From the NCBI GenBank assembly GCA_039589275.1, contig JBDHHP010000029.1:1109-65108 (forward strand): DNA of 64,000 bases. Direction: 5' to 3'. This stretch comes from Gemmatimonadota bacterium (GTDB taxonomy: Bacteria; Gemmatimonadota; Gemmatimonadetes; Gemmatimonadales; GWC2-71-9). The number at the start of each line of letters is the position of its first letter. The first letter of the stretch is position 1. Positions 19,556 through 29,171 of the stretch are shown here, piece after piece. Both the position numbers and the translations under genes were made by a program. The notes under the pieces are model-generated. The model was given only the letters and a program-made list of their open reading frames with translations, did no database searches and was not told the DNA's origin.

Positions 19556-20928
19556 CGAACGAGATCGACCGCCGCACTTTCGTTGCGCAGGGTGCTGCTG
19601 CGGGCCTGGGGCTGAGTGCCTGGAGTACTCTTCCGATGGCTCGCCCGCATCGCGCTCCGAGCGATCAGATCAGGGTCGCAGTAATGGGCGTCAACAGCCG
19701 AGGCTTCGTGTTGGCGCAGAGTTTCGCCAAGGCCGGCGCCGACGTCGCCTACATCTGCGACGTCGATTCCCGTGCGGCAGAAGCCGCCATCGCCGGAGTC
19801 AGCGAGCCACGACAGGCAAAGGTCCCTGAAGGTCAGCCACCTCAGACTCTCCCGGCGCTGCAACAACGCCGGCCCCGGAGCGTGACTGATCTTCGTCGAG
19901 CGCTGGACGATTCTGAGGTCGACGTCCTGGTCGTCGCAGCCCCGGATCACTGGCACGCGCCCGCAGCCATTCTCGCACTCCAGGCCGGCAAACATGTGTA
20001 CCTCGAGAAGCCTTGCAGCCACAATCCGCGGGAGGGCGAACTACTGGTGGAGGCGCAGCGCCGCTATGGTGGACTGGTGCAGATGGGCAACCAGCAGCGC
20101 TCCGCTCCCGAGTCAATCGCTGCGATACAAGAAATCCGCGACGGGATAATCGGCAGGCCCTACTACGTCCGCACCTGGTACGCAAACACGCGTGGTCCCA
20201 TCGGCCACGGTAGCGTGGCTCAGGTACCGGATTGGCTCGACTACGAGCTGTGGCAGGGACCGGCTCCGCGCACGCCCTACAGAGACAACGTAGTGCACTA
20301 CAACTGGCACTGGTTCTGGCGCTGGGGCACCGGCGAGATCAACAACAACGCCGCGCACGAGCTCGACGTGGCTCGCTGGGCGCTAGGGGTCGATTACCCG
20401 ATACGGGTTATGTCGGCGGGGGGCCGCTACCATTTCGACGACGACTGGGAGTGCCCAGACACGCAGGTGGCGTCATTCGATTTCGAGGGGGGAAAAACGA
20501 TCACCTGGGACGGTCGCAGCTGCAACGGGCGCCCGGTGGAGGGCCGCGGCCGTGGCTCGGCGATCCACGGTACCGACGGGACGATGGTGATTGATCGTTC
20601 AGGCTATGTCGCCTACGACAACGACAACAACGAGATCAGGCAGGCAATGAGGCCGCAGGCTGAAGCTGCTCTCGATACGAGCGGAGCCGGACCGTTGACC
20701 GACATGCACATCTCCAACTTCCTGGCCACCATCCGGGGAGAGAGCACGCTCCGCGCACCTATCGACGACGGGCGTAAGAGCGTGCTGTTATGCCATCTCG
20801 GCAACATCGCCCAGCGCACGGGCCGCACGCTCCACTGCGATCCCACGACCGGACGCATTCAGGACGACGTTGAGGCTATGGCACTCTGGTCACGCGAATA
20901 CGAACCGGGTTGGGAGCCCAAGGTCTAG
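19552..20928 (+). CDS. Gfo/Idh/MocA family oxidoreductase with Tat signal
   Basis: The ATG at 19552 overlaps the upstream stop (ATGA). Tat motif DRRTFVAQGAAAGLG, followed by Rossmann IRVAVMGVNSRG and the EKP motif. Confidence 0.85.
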   Translation: MTNEIDRRTFVAQGAAAGLGLSAWSTLPMARPHRAPSDQIRVAVMGVNSRGFVLAQSFAKAGADVAYICDVDSRAAEAAIAGVSEPRQAKVPEGQPPQTLPALQQRRPRSVTDLRRALDDSEVDVLVVAAPDHWHAPAAILALQAGKHVYLEKPCSHNPREGELLVEAQRRYGGLVQMGNQQRSAPESIAAIQEIRDGIIGRPYYVRTWYANTRGPIGHGSVAQVPDWLDYELWQGPAPRTPYRDNVVHYNWHWFWRWGTGEINNNAAHELDVARWALGVDYPIRVMSAGGRYHFDDDWECPDTQVASFDFEGGKTITWDGRSCNGRPVEGRGRGSAIHGTDGTMVIDRSGYVAYDNDNNEIRQAMRPQAEAALDTSGAGPLTDMHISNFLATIRGESTLRAPIDDGRKSVLLCHLGNIAQRTGRTLHCDPTTGRIQDDVEAMALWSREYEPGWEPKV

Positions 20929-20947
20929 AAAGCAAACGGAGGCACTG

Positions 20948-22321
20948 ATGAGGAAGGACAAACCCGCGGTTTCTCGCAGGGACTTCATCAAGACGGGCGG
21001 CGGCGCCGTTGCCGCGTCAATGGTGGCACAGCCATCCTATCGCGACATGCCGTTTCTCTCCCAGCTCAGACGTCCGGCCAAGATGCGGTATGCCATTGTC
21101 GGGACCGGGATCCGGGCGGTTAACATGTGGGGCCGAGACGTCGCGCAGGAATACGCTGACTACGTCGACTTCGTGGGCTTGTGTGACATCAATCCAGGAC
21201 GCCTGGCGTTTGCGAGAGACTACATCGGCGTCGACTGCCCGACTTTCACAGATTTCTCGGAGATGATTCGACAGACCCGTCCAGACACCTTGTGTGTCAC
21301 TACCGTCGATAACACCCATGACGAGTTCATCGTCAAGGGAATGGAAATGGGCTGCAACATCGTGACTGAGAAGCCCATGACCACCGATGAGTTCAAGTGC
21401 CAGGCGATCCTCGACGCGCATGCGCGCACGCGCAAGAACATCGCCGTCACGTTCAACTACCGTTACTCACCTCATCGGACGAAGATGAAGGAACTCCTGA
21501 TGGAAGGACGGATCGGCCGCCTCACCTCAGTCGACTTCCATTGGTACCTGGACATCTACCACGGTGCTTCGTACTTCCGCCGCTGGCACGGCAAAGAACG
21601 CTACGGCGGCACTCTGTTCCTTCACAAGGCGACGCATCACTTCGACCTGCTCAACTGGTGGATAGACTCTGAGCCCGAGGAGGTCTTCGCACACGGCGCC
21701 CTGGAGCACTATGGGCACAATCATCCGTTCCGTCACACCAACTGCCGGGGTTGTCGCCACGCAGACCAGTGCCAGCACTATTGGGACATCACTGAAGACC
21801 AGCTGCTGACCAACCTGTACGTCGATAACGAGCACCACGACGGCTATCTGAGGGACGGATGCGTTTGGTCCACCGATATCGACATCTTCGACAAGATGGC
21901 AGCTCAGATCAGATACATGAACGGTGTGCAGGTGAGCTACTCGTGTACTACGTACTCGCCCTATGAGGGTTATCGCATCGCCTTCAACGGTACTAAGGGG
22001 AGAATGGAGGCCTGGATAAAGGAGCGGCAACCGTGGCAGGCTGAAGACTACGATGAAATTCGGGTCACCGACAACTTCGGCGACACGGAGTTGATTCAGA
22101 TTGCTCACGGGGGCGGCGGCCACGGCGGTGGTGATACACGGCTCCGGGATCGCATCTTCAAAGACCCGACTGCGCCGGACCCCTACCGCCACGCTGCCGG
22201 TGTCCGAGACGGAGCGATGTCCATTCTGATCGGGATTGGTGCCCGAACGAGCGTAAAGACGGGCGAACCTGTCAAGGTCGCGTCGCTGACCACGTTGAAG
22301 CCGCGCCTCGCGCGGCCCTGA
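20948..22321 (+). CDS. Gfo/Idh/MocA family oxidoreductase with Tat signal (paralog)
   Basis: An ACGGAGG lies before the ATG at 20948. Tat motif SRRDFIKTGGG, followed by MRYAIVGTGIRA and TEKPM. Confidence 0.85.
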   Translation: MRKDKPAVSRRDFIKTGGGAVAASMVAQPSYRDMPFLSQLRRPAKMRYAIVGTGIRAVNMWGRDVAQEYADYVDFVGLCDINPGRLAFARDYIGVDCPTFTDFSEMIRQTRPDTLCVTTVDNTHDEFIVKGMEMGCNIVTEKPMTTDEFKCQAILDAHARTRKNIAVTFNYRYSPHRTKMKELLMEGRIGRLTSVDFHWYLDIYHGASYFRRWHGKERYGGTLFLHKATHHFDLLNWWIDSEPEEVFAHGALEHYGHNHPFRHTNCRGCRHADQCQHYWDITEDQLLTNLYVDNEHHDGYLRDGCVWSTDIDIFDKMAAQIRYMNGVQVSYSCTTYSPYEGYRIAFNGTKGRMEAWIKERQPWQAEDYDEIRVTDNFGDTELIQIAHGGGGHGGGDTRLRDRIFKDPTAPDPYRHAAGVRDGAMSILIGIGARTSVKTGEPVKVASLTTLKPRLARP

Positions 22322-22346
22322 AGACTGGGAGTCGAGACAAGTACCC

Positions 22347-23216
22347 ATGACTGACAATACGAGAAGCAGAAGAGAGTTCCTCAAGACGGCCGCGCTGGGT
22401 ACCGTAGGCGTGGCGCTTCCCTCCGCCGCAGTCGCATGCGCTGCAGAAGAGCCCCCCGCTCCATCGACGGGGATTAGGCTCGGTGTCGCGAGCTACTCGC
22501 TCAGAGAGCTGACCCGGGCAGATGCGATCGCCGCCATCACGGCAATCGACACCCGTTACGTCAGCATCAAGTCTTTCCATCTACCGTACGAGAACACAGC
22601 CGAGCAATTGGCGGCCGGGCGTAGAGAGTTCCAGGATGCTGGTCTTGAAATCGTGGGCGGCGGCGTGATCACGTTGCAGCAGGAAGACGACGACGACATC
22701 CGCAGCTACTTCGAGTACGCCCGAGACAGCGGCATGCCACTGATGGTGATTGCGCCCACGCGGGCAACGATGCCCCGTATCGAACGGTTCGTACGCGAGT
22801 ACGACATCAAGGTCGCAATTCACAATCACGGGCCAGAGGACCAGCACTTTCCCGGACCGCGGGATGCCCTACCCGTGATTCAAGACATGGATCCTCGAGT
22901 AGGCCTGTGCGTCGACCTGGGTCACACCACACGAACCGGTGTCGACATCGTGGAATCGCTGGCCCAAGCGGGCGACCGCGTGCTCGACGTACACGTCAAA
23001 GACCTACACGACCTGATGGATCGAGACAGTCAATGCGTAGTAGGTGAGGGTGCAATGCCGATACCGGCAATCTTCAAGCAACTGGTGTCAATGGGCTATT
23101 CGGGGTACGTGAACCTCGAGTACGAGATCGATGCTTCCGATCCCCTGCCCGGTATGCAGCGGTCCTTTGCCTACATGCGCGGTGTGTTGGCAGGCCTCGA
23201 TATCGCGGAGGCCTAG
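22347..23216 (+). CDS. xylose isomerase-like TIM-barrel sugar (phosphate) isomerase/epimerase with Tat/lipoprotein signal
   Basis: Tat motif SRREFLKTAALG...AVAC. TIM-barrel family stretches are present: IKVAIHNH, DLGH, NLEYE. Confidence 0.8.
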   Translation: MTDNTRSRREFLKTAALGTVGVALPSAAVACAAEEPPAPSTGIRLGVASYSLRELTRADAIAAITAIDTRYVSIKSFHLPYENTAEQLAAGRREFQDAGLEIVGGGVITLQQEDDDDIRSYFEYARDSGMPLMVIAPTRATMPRIERFVREYDIKVAIHNHGPEDQHFPGPRDALPVIQDMDPRVGLCVDLGHTTRTGVDIVESLAQAGDRVLDVHVKDLHDLMDRDSQCVVGEGAMPIPAIFKQLVSMGYSGYVNLEYEIDASDPLPGMQRSFAYMRGVLAGLDIAEA

Positions 23217-23217
23217 C

Positions 23218-24677
23218 TCAGAGCGTCACGCCGGTCTTCCAGATGGCAATGTCGCGGTAATCGTGCCGCTCGTTGTTGGCCTGCTTGCGGCCGCTGGCTA
23301 CGTCCAGCAGTAGATCGAAGAGATCTAACTCCAGGTTACCCATCTCGGCGGACCCATCCTGCACGGCTCCTGCGTTGAAATCGATCCAACGCGGCTTCCT
23401 CTCATAAACTGCGGTGTTTGAGGAGATCTTGATCGTCGGCACCGGCGAGCCCATAGGCGTGCCGCGGCCAGTGGTGAAGAGCAAGACAGTTGCCCCTGCC
23501 GCTACCAACGCTGTCGTTGAGACGCCGTCATTGCCTGGGGCCTCAAGCAGCGAGAGCCCCGCGGTTCCCTTTCGTTCCCCATAACGAAGCACTTCGGTCA
23601 CAGTCGCGCTGCCGCCCTTCCTGATAGCACCCAGGGCCTTTTCCTCCAGTGTAGTCAGACCGCCCTCGAGGTTACCCGGCGACGGGTTTTCATAGATAGG
23701 GCGAACGTGGGTCAAGTAGTACTGCTTGAAATCGTTCACCAGACGTTCAATCTCGCGAAATAGCAGCTCGCTGGCGGCACGGTTCATGAGCATCTGTTCT
23801 GCGCCGAACATCTCCGGCACTTCGGTGAGAATGGCCCCACCCCCCTGCGCGGTGATCCGGTCGGCAATTCGCCCCACCAGTGGATTGGCTGTGATACCAC
23901 TCAATCCATCCGAACCCCCGCACTTGAGTCCCACGACGAGACCCGAGAGGGGATGCTCGGTGCGACGATCCTGCTGCATAAGGCTGACCAGCTCCCCGGC
24001 CATTGCCACACCATGCTCCACCTCGTCGCCAACGTCCTGTGCGTTGAAGTAGCGTATCCGCGCGGCATCGATGTCCCCGGCGACCTGCAGAAGGCTGTCG
24101 ACTCGATTGTCCTCGCACCCCAAGCCCAACAGAAGCACACCTCCAGCATTCGGATGACCGATCAATCCCGCGAGTATGCGCCGAGTGGTTTCCAGATCGT
24201 CGCCCGACTGGCTGCAGCCATAGGGATGCGCGAAAGCGTGAACGCCATCGATGGCCTCACCGAACCGCTCACTGCAGATCCGAGTGATGCGATCCGCCGA
24301 CCGGTTGACACAACCGACGGTGTTCAGAACCCAGACTTCATTGCGCGTTCCCACAGCGCCGTTCGACCGGCGGTACCCGTCGAAGGTGTCGCCGGCACCG
24401 GTCACTTGGAGCGGAGAATCCGTCGGCTCATACCGATAGCCCACGACTCCTTCCAGGTTCGTCTTCATGTTGTGTGAGTGGAGCCAGTAGCCTCGCCCAA
24501 CGGACCGCGTGACCGTCCCGATGGTGTGTCCGTACTTCACCACGGATGCGCCAGTCTCCAGATCAGCAAGTGCGATCTTGTGACCGACCGCTACGTCCTC
24601 CTGGCACCTGCAGGTAACCGAGTCGCCGCTAGCGCCACGTTGTCCGATTGATCCAACTTGAGCAGGTCAGATCCCAT
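23218..24677 (-). pseudogene. uxaA: altronate/galactarate dehydratase family (UxaA), N-terminal frameshift
   Basis: ORF 23218..24543 starts at an internal GTG. The same frame stays homologous upstream (..QEDVAVGHKIALADLETGASVVKYG) back to a TGA at 24667 with no start codon. The true N-terminus MGSDLLKLDQSDNVALAATRLPAGA (ATG at 24677) is in another frame and ends at a TAG at 24591. The total of 1460 nt is not a multiple of 3. Confidence 0.7.
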
Positions 24678-24713
24678 TCTTCGCTCTCAGTCATTTTGGT
24701 GCGTTGCTCGATT

Positions 24714-24726
24714 GGTCTGGCAGACC
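24714..24726. promoter_or_regulatory. perfect 6-1-6 palindrome GGTCTGgCAGACC in the divergent uxaA/SDR promoter region
   Basis: Read directly from the sequence. It lies in the 160-nt gap between divergent starts at 24677 (-) and 24838 (+), 15 nt upstream of a TAATAT element at 24741-24746. The GT..AC half-sites are of the kind used by GntR-type sugar-acid regulators. Confidence 0.35.
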
Positions 24727-24837
24727 GGAGTGATTTCGCATAATATAGCGCCGGTTGGCCCTACGGCTGTAAGACGCAGCGCGTCGAACACTTACTCCGG
24801 TTGTCGTCAATCTCAACGCTCTCCGAGGTGCTGTTGC

Positions 24838-25582
24838 ATGGGTCACAATACCCTCGATCTCGCTGGACGCACGGCAGTGGTTATCGGCGGAACGTCCGGG
24901 ATCGGACGCCGACGTGGTCGCCACCTCGCGGCATGCCGAGAGGGTGGCTTCGGCGGCCGATGAAATCGAAAGACTCGGCCGCCGTACGATCCGGATCACG
25001 GCGGACGCAACCGACTCCGCCTCGCTGAAGGGGCTCCTCAACGCGTGCGTCGATGTATTCGGTCAGGTCGACGTGCTGGTGAACTGTGCCGGCACAACCA
25101 AGAAGGTCGCCGCTCTTGAGATGGAGATGAGTGATTGGGATAGGATCATAGACGTCAATCTCACCGGTACGTTGCGCGCATGCTTGCTGTTCGGAGAACA
25201 CATGCTCGAACGCGGATGGGGCCGCATCATCAACATCGCCTCCCTGGCTTCATTTGTGGGTCTGTATCAAGTGGTGGCCTATGGAGCGAGCAAGGCGGCC
25301 GTCGTCGCTCTGACCAAGTCGCTGGCGGTCGAGTGGGCTCCCAAGGGCGTGTGTGTGAATGCGATAGCACCAGGAGTGTTCCCCACTGATCTCAACCGAG
25401 AACTACTGGAAGGCACCGAGCGCGGAAGAGAACTGATAATGCGCACGCCCATGAAGCGGTTCGGCGACGTCGCTGAGATTGCCGGTGCAGCTGTTTTTCT
25501 CGCCTCCGAGGCGGCAAGCTTCGTGACCGGACAGGTCGTGGTCGTGGATGGCGGGTTCCTTGCCAGCGGAGTCAACCAGTGA
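24838..25582 (+). pseudogene. short-chain dehydrogenase/reductase (KduD/gluconate 5-dehydrogenase-like) with ~10-codon deletion and frameshift
   Basis: The ATG at 24838 gives MGHNTLDLAGRTAVVIGGTSGIGR and then nonsense to a TGA at 24963. ORF 24914..25582 in another frame continues (A)DVVATSRHAERV...NCAG...YGASKAAV...PG...VDGG. The helix normally between GIG and the GA.VV strand (about 10 aa) is absent. The total of 745 nt is not a multiple of 3. Confidence 0.75.
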
Positions 25583-26391
25583 ATCACCCAAGCAACCGTG
25601 GGGGTCAGACCCTATCCGACACGCTCTACAGAGTCACCCGGCAAGACGGCCTCCATCCAGTGCAGATACGCGGACAAGGCGGAGCCAAAGAACTGAGCAG
25701 CTGGAGGCTGAGACTCAGTGCGTCTGGCAGCGCAGCATTCCAGTCACCAGACGAAGAGGCGGTGCTGGTACTCCAAGAAGGGGCAGGTAGACTCCGTGCA
25801 TTGGACGGCACTTGGGAGGTGAGTCGCAGCGGCGTGTTTGACCAACCGGCCACTGCTCTGTATCTGCCACCAGGAGTCGAACTCGCGGTAACGGCGCACA
25901 TTCCCTTGGAGGCAATCATCGTCTCCGCACCAGCGGAGCCCGGTGGCCAACCAGTGTTGGTGGGCGCCGACCAGGTGCGTGTGCAACAACGTGGAACAGG
26001 GAATTACAGCCGTGAAGTCCACGACATTTTCGTGAACGACCCCCATGCTAGGCGGCTGCTGGTCGGTGAGACGTTCAACCCGCCCGGGAATTGGAGCAGC
26101 TATCCGCCACACAAGCACGACGGTAAGGATGGGGAACCACGACTGGAAGAGGTATATCACTACCGCGTGGATCCACCACAGGGGTTCGGCCACCAGTCGC
26201 TTTACACGGCCGATGGAGAATCTGTCACCCATATGGTCAGAGACGGCGACGCGGTGGTCATTCCGTGCGGGTATCACCCGGTCTCAGCGCCACCGGGATA
26301 CCGCTTGTACTATCTGTGGGCTCTGGTAGGAGAGCAGAGAGCCCTTGCGGTCTTTGAGGACCCGCAGCACAGCTGGATCACCGCTTCATGA
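25579..26391 (+). CDS. iolB: KduI/IolB family isomerase (5-deoxy-glucuronate isomerase-like)
   Basis: The GTG start overlaps the SDR stop. Motif GNWSSYPPHKHD....LEEVYHYR..PPQGFG.Q..YT......V...D.V..P.GYHPV.APPGY..YYLW. Confidence 0.75.
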   Translation: MNHPSNRGGQTLSDTLYRVTRQDGLHPVQIRGQGGAKELSSWRLRLSASGSAAFQSPDEEAVLVLQEGAGRLRALDGTWEVSRSGVFDQPATALYLPPGVELAVTAHIPLEAIIVSAPAEPGGQPVLVGADQVRVQQRGTGNYSREVHDIFVNDPHARRLLVGETFNPPGNWSSYPPHKHDGKDGEPRLEEVYHYRVDPPQGFGHQSLYTADGESVTHMVRDGDAVVIPCGYHPVSAPPGYRLYYLWALVGEQRALAVFEDPQHSWITAS

Positions 26392-26418
26392 ACGGAACAA
26401 GTTGAAAGTGAGTCTGTC

Positions 26419-27627
26419 ATGAGAATCGTAGGCGGGCGCGTGGTCGTCTGCTGTCCCGGTCGCAACTTCGTCACGCTCAAACTCGAAACGGATAAGGGGA
26501 TCTACGGCCTCGGCGACGCGACGCTGAACGGTCGGGAACTCGCCGTGGCGAGTTACCTGAAAGACCACGTGTTGCCACTCCTCATCGGCCGCGATCCATG
26601 CCGAATCGAAGACACGTGGCAATACCTGTACAAAGGGGCTTACTGGCGCCGCGGACCGGTTACCATGGCCGCAATCGGGGCGGTCGACATGGCGCTGTGG
26701 GACATACAGGGAAAGGCCCTCGGCGTCCCCATTCATCAACTGTTGGGTGGGCCGTCGCGCGACCGCGTGCTGGTCTACGGACACGCGAGTGGTACTGACG
26801 TCGATGACACTCTCAAAGCAATCGAGCGCTACTGCGAGCTCGGTTACCAGGCTATACGCGTGCAATCCGGCATTCCGGGGCTCGAGGGTACGTACGGTGT
26901 GGGAAGAGGAGACCTGTACTATGAGCCTGCCGAACCCGGACTGCCGCCGGAACAGCGCTGGAGCACGGAGCGGTACTTAGACTTCGTGCCCCAGCTGTTT
27001 GCCCGGGTCCGCTCCGAGTTCGGTCCCGAGCCGTTGTTCCTCCACGATGCGCATCACCGGCTCACGCCGATCGAGGCCGCGCAGCTCGGGAAGAGCCTCG
27101 AGCCGCACCGGTTGTTCTGGCTGGAGGATCCGGTCCCGGCGGAACTGCAAGAGGGCTTCCGCCTAATCCGGCAGCACACTACTACTCCTCTCGCCGTCGG
27201 TGAGGTGTTCAACACTATCCACGACTGCCAACGACTGATACACGAGCAACTCATCGACTACATTCGGACGACGGTTGTCCACGCCGGCGGCATCAGCCAC
27301 CTCCGTAAGATCGCAAGCCTCGCCGAGTTGTATCACGTACGAACCGGCTGCCACGGAGCCACCGACTTGAGCCCGGTATGCCTGGCCGCAGCTCTCCACT
27401 TTGACCTGAGCGTGCACAACTTCGGCATCCAGGAGTACATGCGGCACAGCAAAGAGACAGATCGCGTCTTCCCTCACGAGTACACGTTCGAGCGCGGAAC
27501 GATGCATCCGGGAGACGCACCGGGCCTAGGCGTTGATATCGACGAGGAACTGGCCGCAAAGTATCCGTACAAACGAGCGTATCTGCCGGTCAATAGGAAG
27601 CTTGACGGCACCATGCACAGTTGGTAG
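26419..27627 (+). CDS. manD: D-mannonate dehydratase, enolase-superfamily type (ManD)
   Basis: 402 aa. Reads [42 protein letters not shown]...IED.WQY...GAYWRRGPV...A...[10 protein letters not shown]. Confidence 0.85.
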   Translation: MRIVGGRVVVCCPGRNFVTLKLETDKGIYGLGDATLNGRELAVASYLKDHVLPLLIGRDPCRIEDTWQYLYKGAYWRRGPVTMAAIGAVDMALWDIQGKALGVPIHQLLGGPSRDRVLVYGHASGTDVDDTLKAIERYCELGYQAIRVQSGIPGLEGTYGVGRGDLYYEPAEPGLPPEQRWSTERYLDFVPQLFARVRSEFGPEPLFLHDAHHRLTPIEAAQLGKSLEPHRLFWLEDPVPAELQEGFRLIRQHTTTPLAVGEVFNTIHDCQRLIHEQLIDYIRTTVVHAGGISHLRKIASLAELYHVRTGCHGATDLSPVCLAAALHFDLSVHNFGIQEYMRHSKETDRVFPHEYTFERGTMHPGDAPGLGVDIDEELAAKYPYKRAYLPVNRKLDGTMHSW

Positions 27628-27643
27628 CACATCATCCACGGTG

Positions 27644-28636
27644 ATGAATCGCTGCGGGCATCTCGCATTGGCTCTGTCTCTGGCAGTGGCCGCGTGTGGA
27701 ACCGGGAGCGACGTGACTGTCATCAAGCTGGCGCACGGCCTCGATCCAACCCACCCGGTGCACCGCGCGATGGAGTTCTTGGCCGAACGGGTCCAAGAAG
27801 AGTCGGGCGCGACGATGCGCATCGACATCTATCCTAGCGAGCAACTCGGCACGGAACGACAGGCGCTGGAACTGCTCCAGATCGGTAGCCTAGGAATGAC
27901 CAAGGTGTCGGCCGCCGTGCTGGAGAATTTCGCGGCGCCGTTCAAGGTATTGAGTCTGCCCTACATCTTCCGCAACGAGGCGCACAAGTGGGCAGTCTTG
28001 GAGGGTCCGATCGGCCGCGACATGCTGGACATGGGGACACAGTTTCGGCTGCGCGGCCTCTGCTTCTACGATGCGGGAAGCAGGAGCTTCTACACGAAAG
28101 ACCGACCCATCTTGGTACCGGAGGACCTCGAAGGACTCAAGATCCGCACGCAGGAGAGTGCCACCGCAACCAGAATGGTGAGCCTACTGGGTGGCTCCGC
28201 CACGCCCATCGCCTGGGGTGAGCTGTACACGGCTTTGCAACAGGGTGTCGTGGACGGTGCAGAGAACAACCCGCCGTCATTCCACCTATCCCGACACTAC
28301 GAGGTCGCCCGCTACTACTCGCTCAACGAACACACTGGCGTCCCGGACGTACTGCTCATCAGCACGGTGGTGTGGAACGATCTGACCATGCAGCAGCAAC
28401 GGTGGCTGCGGGAGACAGCCGACGAGTCGGCGCAGTACCAGAAGCTCCTGTGGCAAGAGGCGACGGAAGAGGCGCTGCGTGTCGTTCAAGCTGACGGTGT
28501 CCAAGTCACCCGGCCGGACAAGACTCCGTTTGCCGACCTGCTCGTCTCCATGTACGAAGCGTACCGCGACGAACCCACCGTATACGGGCTGATCGAACGG
28601 ATACGAGCAGCAACCAGGATCTCTGGCGAGCAATAG
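27644..28636 (+). CDS. dctP: TRAP transporter substrate-binding protein (DctP family), lipoprotein
   Basis: From ORF 27533..28636 with an internal ATG at 27644 (MNRCGHLALALSLAVAAC). Typical stretches: LGTERQALELLQIGSL, FYDAGSRSFYT, IRTQES, and a GELYTALQQGVVDGAENN-type motif. Confidence 0.8.
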   Translation: MNRCGHLALALSLAVAACGTGSDVTVIKLAHGLDPTHPVHRAMEFLAERVQEESGATMRIDIYPSEQLGTERQALELLQIGSLGMTKVSAAVLENFAAPFKVLSLPYIFRNEAHKWAVLEGPIGRDMLDMGTQFRLRGLCFYDAGSRSFYTKDRPILVPEDLEGLKIRTQESATATRMVSLLGGSATPIAWGELYTALQQGVVDGAENNPPSFHLSRHYEVARYYSLNEHTGVPDVLLISTVVWNDLTMQQQRWLRETADESAQYQKLLWQEATEEALRVVQADGVQVTRPDKTPFADLLVSMYEAYRDEPTVYGLIERIRAATRISGEQ

Positions 28637-28655
28637 TGAGCATCTCGTCTCATCG

Positions 28656-29171
28656 ATGACTAGAACTACCAGAGTGGTCGACAGCGTACTCGGTTGGGTG
28701 CTCGTTGCCCTAATGGGCATTGCCGTAGTGAACGTCCTGTGGCAGGTGTTCACGCGGTTCGTGCTCGCAGATCCCAGCTCCTTCACGGACGAGCTAGCTC
28801 GATATCTCCTGATCTGGATCGGACTCCTGGGTGCCAGTTATGCGGCCGGTAGACAAATGCACCTCGCCATCGACCTCCTCCCGGCGAGGCTCACGGGACG
28901 TCCTCGGTTCTATTTGGGCGTATTGATAGAGGCCTGCATCTTCCTGTTCGCGCTATCGGTGCTCGTAATCGGTGGAATCCACCTCGTTGCTCTTACGCTG
29001 ACACTCGGCCAGACCTCCGCCGCACTCCACGTGCCGCTTGGCTACGTCTACTTCGTGCTACCATTAAGCGGGCTCCTGATGATGTTCTTCTCGGTCGGCG
29101 CCGTAATGCAGCAACGCGCAGCGCTGCACGAAGGGGATGGTGACACAGAGGAAGCCGGCGAGACACGCTGA
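28656..29171 (+). CDS. dctQ: TRAP transporter small permease (DctQ)
   Basis: 171 aa with four predicted helices, positioned between the dctP and dctM genes. The stop overlaps the dctM start (29171). Confidence 0.8.
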   Translation: MTRTTRVVDSVLGWVLVALMGIAVVNVLWQVFTRFVLADPSSFTDELARYLLIWIGLLGASYAAGRQMHLAIDLLPARLTGRPRFYLGVLIEACIFLFALSVLVIGGIHLVALTLTLGQTSAALHVPLGYVYFVLPLSGLLMMFFSVGAVMQQRAALHEGDGDTEEAGETR

